IMG/VR virus record: IMGVR_UViG_3300029705_000021
Reading direction: 5' to 3' (one strand)
From: a virus
Taxonomy: Duplodnaviria > Caudoviricetes
Length of the DNA: 64,000 nt
A model generated the notes under the pieces. It was not told where the DNA came from. It did not search any database and saw nothing but the letters and a program-made list of their open reading frames with translations. The position numbers and the translations under genes are program-made. Shown in pieces: positions 27,286-37,283 of this stretch. How positions within the stretch are numbered: position 1 is the stretch's first letter; each line of letters begins with the position of its first letter.

Positions 27286-28395
27286 ATGGGAAAAATGCAT
27301 TTTAATAGTAGAGTAATCGGTGTTTTCTCAGAAATGGGAACATCTTATGATGAAGTTAAAAATCTTATGTTTGACCTTTATAAAGGTGAATTAAGCGAAG
27401 GTATTACAAAAGCTGAAGCTGAAAATAAAATTAGAGAGGTTTCTTTAAAAATCTTTGGATTAACAAAAGATTCTTCTAAGAGAGACCGTAAGAGAGCATA
27501 TGAAGAATATGGTCGTCAGTTCTTTGATGTAATCGAAGAAATTACTGACTTTACAGTATCTACAGGATTAAAAGAAAATGAATGGTTTACTACACTTGTA
27601 AACTATAAGAATCTTGCAGATGGTGATGAAAACTTATTCTACAACGAACATGAAGAAGTAATTCTTTCTGTTGCAAGAATGGGTAAGAGACACCATGATA
27701 CAATGTTACAGAGATTACCAGAAGGTTCAACATATTCTGTTGAAACAGACCTTTATGGTGCTGCTGTAGGTGCTGATATTGATAGATATTTAATTGGACA
27801 GGAAGATTGGACAAAGCTTATTGATGCTATCACAAAAGCATTTGTTGTTATGACACAGGATTTGATCTTTACAGAAATTCTTGCAGCTCCAGCAAAGCTT
27901 CCAGTTCAGACAGGTTTTGTTGAAACAGGTGCTTTATCTGATGCAACAAGAAAGAAATTCAACAAGGTTCTTCAGAACGTATCTGTAGCAAATGATAATG
28001 CAGATGTAGTTATTATGGGTACTATGGTAGGTCTTCAGGAACTTGAAAATCTTATTAATGTAGATTGGATTTCTGATGGTCAGAAAGCTGACAAGGCATC
28101 AATGGGTAGACTTGGTAACTATGGTCGTTACCAGCTTGTTGAAATCCCACAGAGATTTGCAAAGAACGATGTAACTAGAGATGTATATGATGATAATACT
28201 CTTTGGATCTTTGCTTCTGGAGATAACAAGCTTGTTGATATGATTGACGTAGGTGAAACTCTTATTGATGAAATCACAGATCGTGGAGAAGCTAATGGTA
28301 GAATTGATGATATCATGAAATATGAAGTTCAGAGAGAACTTGGTGTAGCTACTCGTCTTGGAAAATTCTTCGGTAAGTGGACAATTACTGCGTAA
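27286..28395 (+). CDS. Major capsid protein
   Basis: 369 aa, position, strong RBS, high-expression codon bias, hairpin downstream. Confidence 0.75.
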   Translation: MGKMHFNSRVIGVFSEMGTSYDEVKNLMFDLYKGELSEGITKAEAENKIREVSLKIFGLTKDSSKRDRKRAYEEYGRQFFDVIEEITDFTVSTGLKENEWFTTLVNYKNLADGDENLFYNEHEEVILSVARMGKRHHDTMLQRLPEGSTYSVETDLYGAAVGADIDRYLIGQEDWTKLIDAITKAFVVMTQDLIFTEILAAPAKLPVQTGFVETGALSDATRKKFNKVLQNVSVANDNADVVIMGTMVGLQELENLINVDWISDGQKADKASMGRLGNYGRYQLVEIPQRFAKNDVTRDVYDDNTLWIFASGDNKLVDMIDVGETLIDEITDRGEANGRIDDIMKYEVQRELGVATRLGKFFGKWTITA

Positions 28396-28474
28396 TTAAA
28401 CTAATTAATATTACATATAGTAAATTAAAGGAGAGTGCTAATGCGCTCTCCTGTTGATTAAAAGGAGAAAAGAT

Positions 28475-29155
28475 ATGGCAACAACTACAAAAAAAACAAC
28501 TACAAAAAAAACTACAGTAAAAGCAAATGAAGATGTTAAAAATACTGCTGTTATAGAAAAAGAAGTGGAAACTACAACAAAAGTTGTAGAAGAAGCTGTA
28601 AAAGAAACTGTCGCAGAAGTCGTAAAGGAAGTTATGAAAGAAGTTGTAAAAGAAAAAATCGAAGAAGAAAAACCAGTAATTGTAGAAGCAAAGAAAACAT
28701 TTACTGATTCAGATTATGTTTTATGTCGTTCTGTATGTTCAGGCGGTCTAAATATTGTTTCACAGTCTGGAAATTTATACGAATTTAAAGATTATGGTTC
28801 AGAATGCGAAATTAATTATAGAGACTTGGTAACTTTAATCAGAAGGGGTTCTGATCATGTTTTCTTACCTAGATTTGTCATTTTAGATGAAGATTTCTTA
28901 GAAGATTTTCCAACTATTCAGAAAGTGTATGGAGAAATGTATACAAAGGATGATTTAGTAGAGATTCTTGACCTTCCAATTGCTAGAATGAAGATTGAAA
29001 TTGAGAAATTACCAGAATCTACTAAGAATAGTATGCGTAATTTAATTGCAACACAGATTGCAAACGGACGACTTGATAGTATTGCAAAAGTTAGAGCATT
29101 AACAGAGATTTTTAATTCTGATTTTAATTTACTTAGTGATTTGTTTGTTAAATAG
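28475..29155 (+). CDS. Hypothetical head-module protein
   Basis: ATG after AAAGGAG; low-complexity K/T/E/V N-terminus. Confidence 0.6.
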   Translation: MATTTKKTTTKKTTVKANEDVKNTAVIEKEVETTTKVVEEAVKETVAEVVKEVMKEVVKEKIEEEKPVIVEAKKTFTDSDYVLCRSVCSGGLNIVSQSGNLYEFKDYGSECEINYRDLVTLIRRGSDHVFLPRFVILDEDFLEDFPTIQKVYGEMYTKDDLVEILDLPIARMKIEIEKLPESTKNSMRNLIATQIANGRLDSIAKVRALTEIFNSDFNLLSDLFVK

Positions 29156-29170
29156 TTCGGAGGTGTTTAA

Positions 29171-29617
29171 ATGACCTACGAAGAAATATTTTCACAGTTT
29201 TATCTCAAAGAAATTGACCCAAGCTTATTTAAGCTATCTAAAGAAGATGCTTATGAAAAGATGAAAGGGTGGTTACAGATGGTAGCTGCTGATCCTCGTG
29301 TTCGTAAGTGTTTTTCTACATTAACTCTTAATGATGATATAGAAGAATTAGATTTTGCATTAAATCATTCTGTAGATGAAGATTCTGATAAATATTTTGT
29401 AAAAGAAGTATTTGCACAAGGTATGGTAATTTGTTGGATGCGTCCACAAATAGAAAGAAATATCAACTTAGCAGTTGTTATTGGTGGTAAGGAAGAAAAG
29501 TCAATGTTAAATAATTATAAACCTAATATTGCTAGACTTGAAACTCTTGAAAAGAATTTAAAGAAGTTTATTAGAGATTATGGTTATTTAAATAATGATT
29601 ATATAGGTGAATCGTAA
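29171..29617 (+). CDS. Putative head-tail adaptor
   Basis: 148 aa helical protein after capsid genes; synteny only. Confidence 0.5.
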   Translation: MTYEEIFSQFYLKEIDPSLFKLSKEDAYEKMKGWLQMVAADPRVRKCFSTLTLNDDIEELDFALNHSVDEDSDKYFVKEVFAQGMVICWMRPQIERNINLAVVIGGKEEKSMLNNYKPNIARLETLEKNLKKFIRDYGYLNNDYIGES

Positions 29618-29946
29618 TGAAACACTTATATGGAGAATTTACTAAAGAACAAATTGTGCAAACTAAAAAATCATTAAGAAGTTCTATTTTCTTTTTATTA
29701 CTTTGTGTAGATAGAAAAACTGCATCGGAGTATGAAGATATAGATGTAAATAAAAGTTTTAATGGACTGTTATTAAGAATTGGTGGATTAAATGAGTTAC
29801 TTATGAATCAGCCAGAATTGGTAACAGTTTTAAGTTTACTTCAGGCTGCAAAGATTGAATATAACAATCCTGAATTTAATTTTCATACTTATAGGAAACT
29901 AATTTTAGATGCAGGAGCTGAGGTAGATAAATTAGAGGAGGTGTAA
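29617..29946 (+). CDS. Hypothetical protein
   Basis: Translationally coupled (TAATG) 109-aa ORF. Confidence 0.65.
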   Translation: MKHLYGEFTKEQIVQTKKSLRSSIFFLLLCVDRKTASEYEDIDVNKSFNGLLLRIGGLNELLMNQPELVTVLSLLQAAKIEYNNPEFNFHTYRKLILDAGAEVDKLEEV

Positions 29947-29947
29947 T

Positions 29948-31171
29948 ATGCTCTCCTTTGAAGACATGCAAAAATTATGTACAAATGTTGGTAGTCATGG
30001 TCAGCAGTTGAAGGCAATGGCTGATGATGTTATGCAACAGACATGGGATAACGATATCCAAAGCAAATTGTGTTACATATACGATTACTATCATGATGAT
30101 CAATTTGATGAAGGTTTAAATGGATATAATCCTGCTTTATCAAAATCTAAAATACCAGTAAAATTAAAATTTATTGTAAAGGCATATAAGTCTGCAGCAA
30201 AAGATGATCCAGAATACCATATTCAGTTTGAACCAGATGTTTGGAATTCAATGAGTTGTAAACCTCAATGGTTCGTAGATGGATATCAGAAGTTAGGCGT
30301 AGAATTCCCTGTAGGGTTGTACGTGGATGTGCCTGATGATAGAGGAGTATATCAAAAGTGGTTTATTTTCTATAAAGAAGAAGCAAATCAGTTTGTTAAA
30401 TGCGGTATTATGAAATGTAACTATTTATTTATGTGGATTAAGGATGACGGTATACATAGATATAAACGTAAGATGTGGGGAGTTGACCGTTCACAGAACA
30501 GTTATACCTCTGGACGATGGAGGGGAGATAAAATTACAATCTTAGATAATCAGGATAAATTTTGGCTTCCATGGAATCCAATTTCTGCAGAGATTAGACA
30601 TGATCAAAGGTTGTTCCTTTCAATGATTCAAGATGAACCATATGCTTATGCAATATCTAAAATTAATAACGCTTCTCCAAAAGGAGTTATTGAATATACT
30701 GTAGTTCAAGACGAATTTGATCAAAATAAAGATTATGTAGATAACGATCCAAATAGTCTTACTTATGGAGAAATGTATGCAGACTACTACTCTTCTACTA
30801 TTGTTCCAGAAGAGGTTATATCTGATATGAAAGTAATTACAAACATACTTTCTATTGAGGCAAAAACTTATAGTGTTAGAATTAATGGTGGCTCTAAAGT
30901 AGTATATGCTAAGATTTTAGATAATGATGGTAATGATGTAACTAATAATTATAGTAGTGATGATTTTATTTGGGATATTTCATTTAAAGATAATGAATTT
31001 GCAAAAGATAATTTAATTGTTATTGATGGATCTTATAGTTTAAAAGATGGTAATCAATATAAATGCAAGTTTAAATTTAAAGGTGATGAAACTTATCTCA
31101 ACAAAAGAATTACGGTAACTTTAAAAATTAATGAATTATCTGCTACTGCAGATTTAGATATAGTTTCATAG
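29948..31171 (+). CDS. Putative head-closure/neck protein with Ig-like C-terminus
   Basis: 407 aa, beta-rich C-terminus; synteny. Confidence 0.5.
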   Translation: MLSFEDMQKLCTNVGSHGQQLKAMADDVMQQTWDNDIQSKLCYIYDYYHDDQFDEGLNGYNPALSKSKIPVKLKFIVKAYKSAAKDDPEYHIQFEPDVWNSMSCKPQWFVDGYQKLGVEFPVGLYVDVPDDRGVYQKWFIFYKEEANQFVKCGIMKCNYLFMWIKDDGIHRYKRKMWGVDRSQNSYTSGRWRGDKITILDNQDKFWLPWNPISAEIRHDQRLFLSMIQDEPYAYAISKINNASPKGVIEYTVVQDEFDQNKDYVDNDPNSLTYGEMYADYYSSTIVPEEVISDMKVITNILSIEAKTYSVRINGGSKVVYAKILDNDGNDVTNNYSSDDFIWDISFKDNEFAKDNLIVIDGSYSLKDGNQYKCKFKFKGDETYLNKRITVTLKINELSATADLDIVS

Positions 31172-31182
31172 GAGGTGTTGTT

Positions 31183-31731
31183 ATGATTGATAAAGATATT
31201 AAGGAAATTATCCAGTATAAGAAACAAAAAGGAAATGACAACATCCAATATAAAGAAATTATAAAAGATAAACTAATTAATAATTCAAAAATAATTCGTT
31301 CTTTAAATAATCAAGATTTAGATCCAGATTGTCCAGATGATTATTATGGAGAAAATATACTCCCTTACTATTTGCTAGTAAATGTTCAAGAAAATGTAAA
31401 AAATTATATTTGTTTTGAAACATCATTTGATGAAGTTGCTAGATATAATAAAATTATGAAGCTAGGACAAGTTATCTTTTATATTGTATGTAATAATAAA
31501 AATATATTAGATAAAGAAACTGGTATTGCTCGTCATGATTTATTGGCTGCTTTAATAACTGATGAATTTGATTGGAGTAATTTATTTGGTACGCAGGTGC
31601 ATTTGGTATCTGATAGACCTATGGCTGTTGATGCACAGTATGTTGGCAGAACTCTTATATTCGAACAAACTACTACAAATTCTATAGTAAAAGATGGAAA
31701 GGTTTATAATAATGGAAAGCAAATTACCTGA
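31183..31731 (+). CDS. Putative tail terminator/completion protein
   Basis: 182 aa; RHDLLAALI motif; position before tail tube. Confidence 0.45.
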   Translation: MIDKDIKEIIQYKKQKGNDNIQYKEIIKDKLINNSKIIRSLNNQDLDPDCPDDYYGENILPYYLLVNVQENVKNYICFETSFDEVARYNKIMKLGQVIFYIVCNNKNILDKETGIARHDLLAALITDEFDWSNLFGTQVHLVSDRPMAVDAQYVGRTLIFEQTTTNSIVKDGKVYNNGKQIT

Positions 31732-32524
31732 CGTAGACTTGTCTAACTTTATAGAAGTAGATAAATTACAATTATATTTTGGTGATGATATTATTATTAA
31801 TGACAATATTACATTACATCAGCCAAAAGTTGGAGAAATAGTAGAGTTTGGAGAGAGACATTTTTATTCTGTATTATCGGCATTAACGTGTATCCCTTCA
31901 GATATGAAATCAGAATTATGGGATATGAATAAAACTGATTGGCAAACAGTTGATGATTTTGAGTTATTTATAATGCTAACAAGGAGTTTTACATCGAAAG
32001 ATACTAAATTATTTTTAGGTGATATTGATTTATCTCAAATGATACCATGTGTTAATAAAGAAAACAATCAATTATGTTTGTATGATAAGGATTCTGATAT
32101 TCTTATTGACAAGGCTCTTTATATACAGATAGTAACATATATAAGAGAAATGTTTAATATACATCCAAAGATTGAAAAGGCAAAAAACAAAAGAACATTT
32201 AATGTTCTTATTGAAGATGATAGATTTAGAAAATCTTTAAATAGAAAAGAAAAATATACATCTAATCTTATGCCTTTAATATCTAGCATGTTAAATCATC
32301 CAGGATTTAAATATAAAAAAGACGAATTAAGAAATGTAGGTATTGTTGAATTTATGGATTCAGTACAAAGAATATCTACAATAGTGTCTACTACTGCTTT
32401 ACTTCAAGGTATGTATAGTGGAATGGTTGACACATCTAAAATACCTAAAGATCAATTTAATTGGTTAAGAGATTTAAGTAATGAAGGAAAAGAACACAAA
32501 GGTGTTATGAACATTAAGCAATAA
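31712..32524 (+). CDS. Hypothetical tail-module protein
   Basis: ORF 31694..32524, second ATG chosen; ends GMYSGMVD. Confidence 0.55.
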   Translation: MESKLPDVDLSNFIEVDKLQLYFGDDIIINDNITLHQPKVGEIVEFGERHFYSVLSALTCIPSDMKSELWDMNKTDWQTVDDFELFIMLTRSFTSKDTKLFLGDIDLSQMIPCVNKENNQLCLYDKDSDILIDKALYIQIVTYIREMFNIHPKIEKAKNKRTFNVLIEDDRFRKSLNRKEKYTSNLMPLISSMLNHPGFKYKKDELRNVGIVEFMDSVQRISTIVSTTALLQGMYSGMVDTSKIPKDQFNWLRDLSNEGKEHKGVMNIKQ

Positions 32525-32592
32525 TCTTGAAACTAATTAATTTTATATTTTATATAAGATATAAACATAATAATTTATAGGAGGAAAAAATA

Positions 32593-33372
32593 ATGATTAA
32601 GAATTTTATCGTAGACAGAGTTGTACGTGGTAATATGTATGACAATAAGACTGGTGAGCTTTTATGGAGCTTGAATCAGATTCAGAGTCCTTCATTAACA
32701 ATGGAGGCTGAAACAGTAGATGCAGTAGATGCACTTGGTACACCTATCATGTCATTTGATAGATCAAAGAGCTGTACTCTTTCTGCAGAAAATGCTATTT
32801 TTGACTTAAGCTTACTTGCAGAGCAGGTTGGTACAGAAGCAAAGACAGAAGAAAGAGATGTTCCTGTATTTGAATCTCATAATGTTGAAGGTACAACAAT
32901 TACATTAGGTCATACACCAAAGACAGAAACAACAGATGAAGGTGAAGTTAGTACAGTAAAATACATTTATGTATTAAACAGTGATGGTTCTTTAGGAACA
33001 CAGTATACTGTAGGTGCAGCTGCTTCTACTTCTGCATTTGCAATTGAAGGAAATGTAATCACATTACCAACAAGCGTTAAAGAAGGTCGTATTTTTGTTT
33101 CATATGATTATGTAGGAACAGCTACATATGTAATGAACTCTGCTAATAACTTCCCTAAAGCTGGTAAGTTTGTTATGGAAGTTCTTGGACGTGACGTTTG
33201 TGACTCTACAACAGAGATTTATGCAATGTTGGTATTACCATCAGCTAAGTTATCTGCAGCTACAGATGTTGCTTTCGAAACAGAAATGACACAGGGATTT
33301 GAGTTGATTGCTCAGCAGAACTACTGTTCAGATACAAACGAACTCTTTACATTAATCATTCCAGAAGACTAA
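32593..33372 (+). CDS. Major tail tube protein
   Basis: 259 aa, strong RBS, high-expression codon bias, strong hairpin downstream. Confidence 0.65.
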   Translation: MIKNFIVDRVVRGNMYDNKTGELLWSLNQIQSPSLTMEAETVDAVDALGTPIMSFDRSKSCTLSAENAIFDLSLLAEQVGTEAKTEERDVPVFESHNVEGTTITLGHTPKTETTDEGEVSTVKYIYVLNSDGSLGTQYTVGAAASTSAFAIEGNVITLPTSVKEGRIFVSYDYVGTATYVMNSANNFPKAGKFVMEVLGRDVCDSTTEIYAMLVLPSAKLSAATDVAFETEMTQGFELIAQQNYCSDTNELFTLIIPED

Positions 33373-33386
33373 GAATAATTAAATTA

Positions 33387-33436
33387 TACATTAGGCTTGT
33401 AGGCGAGAGCCTACGAGTCTAATGTAATTAATTTAT
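33387..33436 (+). terminator. Long GNRA-capped hairpin / terminator
   Basis: TACATTAGGCTTGTAGGC-GAGA-GCCTACGAGTCTAATGTA. Confidence 0.65.
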
Positions 33437-33451
33437 TGGACAAGGAGGAAT

Positions 33452-33916
33452 ATGATGTATAGAAGAAATGAAAAAGAAAATGCTTCTTGCGTTATATGTG
33501 ATAATAAATATTACTTATGTATTGCATGTGAAAGAAATAAATCGAATTGGAAACCATGGAAAATAATTACTGATACAGAAAATTGTTTTAAGATTTATGA
33601 TGTATTAAATAAATATAATTTTAATAAAATTTCTAAAGAAGAAGCAAAAGAAAAATTAGGAACATTTGATTTAAGTGGTTTAAGCACTTTTAAAGAATCT
33701 GTTAAAAAGCAGATTGAAGAAATTTTAGAAATGACTAATAATGTTGAGACAGTTGAATCTATTGAAACAACTGTTGTTGATATTGTTGAAAAAACTCCAG
33801 TAGAAGAAGTTATTATTGAGACTAACGAAACTGCTGAAGAAATTATTGAAGAAAATAACATTGAAGTTGTAGAGAAGAAATTCAGAAAAAGAACTTCAAA
33901 GAAAAATGAAGAATAA
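33452..33916 (+). CDS. Hypothetical Zn-finger protein with acidic tail
   Basis: CxxC-x5-CxxC; E-rich C-terminus. Confidence 0.65.
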   Translation: MMYRRNEKENASCVICDNKYYLCIACERNKSNWKPWKIITDTENCFKIYDVLNKYNFNKISKEEAKEKLGTFDLSGLSTFKESVKKQIEEILEMTNNVETVESIETTVVDIVEKTPVEEVIIETNETAEEIIEENNIEVVEKKFRKRTSKKNEE

Positions 33917-34044
33917 TATAGTGGATGGTATTTTTTATAAAGAAGAAAATAATATGTAAGGGGTGATACTATTCATGAAAGAATGTGTCACCCCATTTTT
34001 TACGTTTTACATAAATATTAATTATGAGTAAAAGGAGAAAATAT

Positions 34045-34293
34045 ATGAAGAAAGTTAAAAGTAAAGTGACTGGAAAAGAATATGATCCAGCCTATGGTGT
34101 AGTATATGTTAGCTTGTTAAATCAGTATGTAAAATATATGGCTAATGGTGCAGCTGATTATTTAGTAGATATTTATTATGATAAAAGTAAAGATGTAGAT
34201 TATAGGGAACGTATGGTATATGTGTTTGAAAAGAATGATTTTACAGCAGATTTAAAACGCAGATGGGATAATCATACATTAAGAGCTGAATAA
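34045..34293 (+). CDS. Hypothetical protein
   Basis: ATG 34045 after AAAGGAG. Confidence 0.6.
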   Translation: MKKVKSKVTGKEYDPAYGVVYVSLLNQYVKYMANGAADYLVDIYYDKSKDVDYRERMVYVFEKNDFTADLKRRWDNHTLRAE

Positions 34294-34329
34294 ACTAAAT
34301 ATATTTAAATGATTAAAAGGAAATAAAAA

Positions 34330-34761
34330 ATGATAGATAAAAGAACAGGGAAAGATTTAAAAGACTATCCAATTTTAGAAGAGCCAAGGTTGTATATCTA
34401 CATAATGAGGAATATTGCTGGGAAAGTAAAAATAGGTAAAACCAAGAATGTTCAACAAAGATATCAATCTTTATGTGGAAGCAATAGTGCTGGTGATTGT
34501 ATTATAGATGTTTTAGTTTCACCTTCTACATATTTATATACATTAGAAAATATTATGCATGATAAATTTAATAAATACAGAATTCCAAATACAGAATGGT
34601 TTTATGACAAGAATGATTCTTCAGGAGAAGATCTGTTCATGTCTGCGTGTGACAAATTAAAACTACTCTTCTCTTCTGCTGAGTACAAAAGATGTAATGA
34701 GATAAGAAAAAAGTATTATGAAAGTATACATAATAAAATGTATAAGGTAGGTGATTTTTAA
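34330..34761 (+). CDS. T5orf172/GIY-YIG-like nuclease domain protein
   Basis: YIYIM...VKIGKTKNVQQR...LENIMH...EWF. Confidence 0.8.
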   Translation: MIDKRTGKDLKDYPILEEPRLYIYIMRNIAGKVKIGKTKNVQQRYQSLCGSNSAGDCIIDVLVSPSTYLYTLENIMHDKFNKYRIPNTEWFYDKNDSSGEDLFMSACDKLKLLFSSAEYKRCNEIRKKYYESIHNKMYKVGDF

Positions 34762-35270
34762 TGACAACTAAAGAATTAGAAGATTTATTATATAAAACAT
34801 TATGGAGAAAAGGTTGGTATGGAGTATACGAATGTGCCATTCCAAAATGTCTTTGTAGAAAAGTACATCGTGAACGTGTAGATATGCTTACATATGAAAC
34901 AACTGGAATTTGGAGGGCGTATGAGCTAAAAATCTCTAAAGCTGATCTTCACAGCAATGCTGCTCTCTCATGGATAGGTCATTACAATTATTTAGTTTGT
35001 ACAGAAGATTTGATAGAAGAAGCAAAAAAGATGTTGCCTAAAGATATAGGTATATATGCAGCTTATGAAAGAGGAAGTAAAAAATGGATTGATTTAGTAA
35101 GGAATCCAAGAAAAAGAGACTTGTTGTGTAAGCACGAAGATATGCAATTTGCAATGCTTCAGGCTTTAAGTCGTGAGTATAAGAAATATAGAAAACTTAA
35201 AGAACAAGAAGAAAAGAAAGTAGCTAAAACTACTAAATCTTCTACAAAGAAAACAACTAAAAAGAAGTAA
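34761..35270 (+). CDS. PD-(D/E)xK nuclease-like protein (MmcB-like)
   Basis: YE...RVD...YELKISKADL...HYNYLV. Confidence 0.6.
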   Translation: MTTKELEDLLYKTLWRKGWYGVYECAIPKCLCRKVHRERVDMLTYETTGIWRAYELKISKADLHSNAALSWIGHYNYLVCTEDLIEEAKKMLPKDIGIYAAYERGSKKWIDLVRNPRKRDLLCKHEDMQFAMLQALSREYKKYRKLKEQEEKKVAKTTKSSTKKTTKKK

Positions 35271-35300
35271 ACTAATTAATAATATAAGGAGTAAAAGGAT

Positions 35301-35759
35301 ATGAGTTGTATTGAAGAAAATGGAATCATAAAATTAACACTTGATCAAGCAGTGTTGGATAAATATAACAGATATTATTTTTTAGAACATCCAAAAGCGA
35401 AGAAAGTTCCAATAGAACATCCGTATCACCCATCAATAAATACATGGATCATACTTCCACGTATTCAAATGAATGCATTAAAACAAAAATGGAAAGATTT
35501 TGTTAAATTTTGGATGAAGTTAGAGAGATTAGAAAACAGACAGTTAGACGATTTTGATATTGTTTTAACTGTCTATTTTAATACAAAAAGAAGACACGAT
35601 ACTGACAATCAAGTACCGAAGTTTATTTTAGATGGCTTTACAGAATCTGGTTTTATAGTAGATGACGATGAAAAGCATTTACACTCTCTCACTCTTAAAA
35701 CAGGATATGATAAAGAAAATCCAAGAACAGAGATTGAGATTATAATACATAATAACTAA
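35301..35759 (+). CDS. rusA: RusA-like Holliday junction resolvase
   Basis: PSIN, RRHDTDN..K.ILDG, DDD, PRTEIEI. Confidence 0.75.
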   Translation: MSCIEENGIIKLTLDQAVLDKYNRYYFLEHPKAKKVPIEHPYHPSINTWIILPRIQMNALKQKWKDFVKFWMKLERLENRQLDDFDIVLTVYFNTKRRHDTDNQVPKFILDGFTESGFIVDDDEKHLHSLTLKTGYDKENPRTEIEIIIHNN

Positions 35760-35784
35760 TTAAAATTAAGGAAGGAAGCAAAAA

Positions 35785-35973
35785 ATGTACGATTGGGAAC
35801 TTCAAAATTATTTAAATGAGCGTAATAATGTTTTATCAAGTACAGATTATATTTATGTATGTAATACATGTCCGCAATTAGACCACATTAAATATAATGC
35901 ATTTGAGAATTATTTTGAAGCTTGGAGTGATTGTAATTATTTTAAGTTTAAGGTTTATCCAGAAACTAATTAA
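35785..35973 (+). CDS. Hypothetical protein
   Basis: 62-aa ORF with RBS. Confidence 0.6.
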   Translation: MYDWELQNYLNERNNVLSSTDYIYVCNTCPQLDHIKYNAFENYFEAWSDCNYFKFKVYPETN

Positions 35974-36006
35974 TTTATTAAGTTATTGAATGAAAGGAAA
36001 AAAGAT

Positions 36007-36621
36007 ATGAGTGAAAATAAAGAAAAGACAATGACTGTAAGAGAATTTGTAAATAAATATAATTCATTACAAAGTGATGCGACAAAAGAAGCATTAATAA
36101 ATAGTGTTATTAAAAGACATTATGCTCCTATTCTTGAAAAGAAAGCTGTATTAGAAACAGCATTTGAAAGAAGTATACAAGAGAAAGATGGAATAAAATA
36201 TGTAGATTCTGTTTTATCACAAATTGGATTATTTTGTTCTATATTAACTCTTTATACAACATTGGATTACAAGCATAATAAAGATGATGGAGATAATGGT
36301 TCTATATTTGAAGATTATGATTTATTAATGGAAAATGGAGTTTATCCAATTATTATGTATAAGATTGGGGAACAAGATATAAAAGAGCTACTAAAGGTTT
36401 ATTCTTCTGTTGAAGGTACATTTGTAAATCAACAAACTTTTGAAGCTTATTTAGCAAAACAAGTAACAAGATTTGGAGAATTATTTGGAGCACTTGCAGG
36501 GTCAGGATTGGAATCATTGTCAAAAGTGTTAGAAGATGAAGAAAAGATGGAACAGGCAATTGGTAAATTACCAAAGCTTGATAATATAGAAAGTATATTA
36601 AAATTATTAAGTAATAAATAA
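36007..36621 (+). CDS. Putative tail assembly chaperone
   Basis: ATG after AAAGGA; helical protein upstream of tape measure; synteny only. Confidence 0.45.
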   Translation: MSENKEKTMTVREFVNKYNSLQSDATKEALINSVIKRHYAPILEKKAVLETAFERSIQEKDGIKYVDSVLSQIGLFCSILTLYTTLDYKHNKDDGDNGSIFEDYDLLMENGVYPIIMYKIGEQDIKELLKVYSSVEGTFVNQQTFEAYLAKQVTRFGELFGALAGSGLESLSKVLEDEEKMEQAIGKLPKLDNIESILKLLSNK

Positions 36622-36719
36622 ACGCTACGACCTATATGTGTCACAGCGTATAGGTAGATTTTTTAAATAAAAATTAGAAAGAAAAATTAAAATATTTAGA
36701 AAGGTAGGTTGATTGTTTT

Positions 36720-37265
36720 ATGTCTTTAAATTATAGAGAAATATTAGAAAATGAGAAACAACGAATATTAAAACAAATAAAATCTGATATTACCGATGCG
36801 GTTAAAAAAGCAGACTTATTAACTATTAAAGAATTAAAGGATGAAGCCAGCAAGATGTATGATAAGTTAATAACTGATTATTATAAATATGAAACAGAGA
36901 AGTATATAAGACATGGACAATCAAAACCTGGTACTGGTACTGGTGAAAACTTATATCGTGCAAATAATATACATATACAAGGCAGAGAATTAATTTTAGG
37001 TACTAATTATAAACTTATGGAATCAGGGTATGATCGTCATGGTAGAGATAAGGTTCTCGAAATGGTTAAATCTGGTCAAAGATTTGCAGGAAGAAGACAT
37101 GCTCCTGTACCTTGGAGTGGAGATTTTGCAGGGAATTATATAACATTAAAGGATACATATATAAACGAAGCATTTGAAGAATTTGAAGATAGATTTGTAG
37201 AAATGTATGATAAAATATTTGACGAAAAAATGGGTCAATTAGCAGGAAAGTATGAGTTTTACTAA
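36720..37265 (+). CDS. Hypothetical tail-module protein
   Basis: 181-aa ORF immediately before tape measure. Confidence 0.6.
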   Translation: MSLNYREILENEKQRILKQIKSDITDAVKKADLLTIKELKDEASKMYDKLITDYYKYETEKYIRHGQSKPGTGTGENLYRANNIHIQGRELILGTNYKLMESGYDRHGRDKVLEMVKSGQRFAGRRHAPVPWSGDFAGNYITLKDTYINEAFEEFEDRFVEMYDKIFDEKMGQLAGKYEFY

Positions 37266-37283
37266 AAGGAGGTATGATATATT

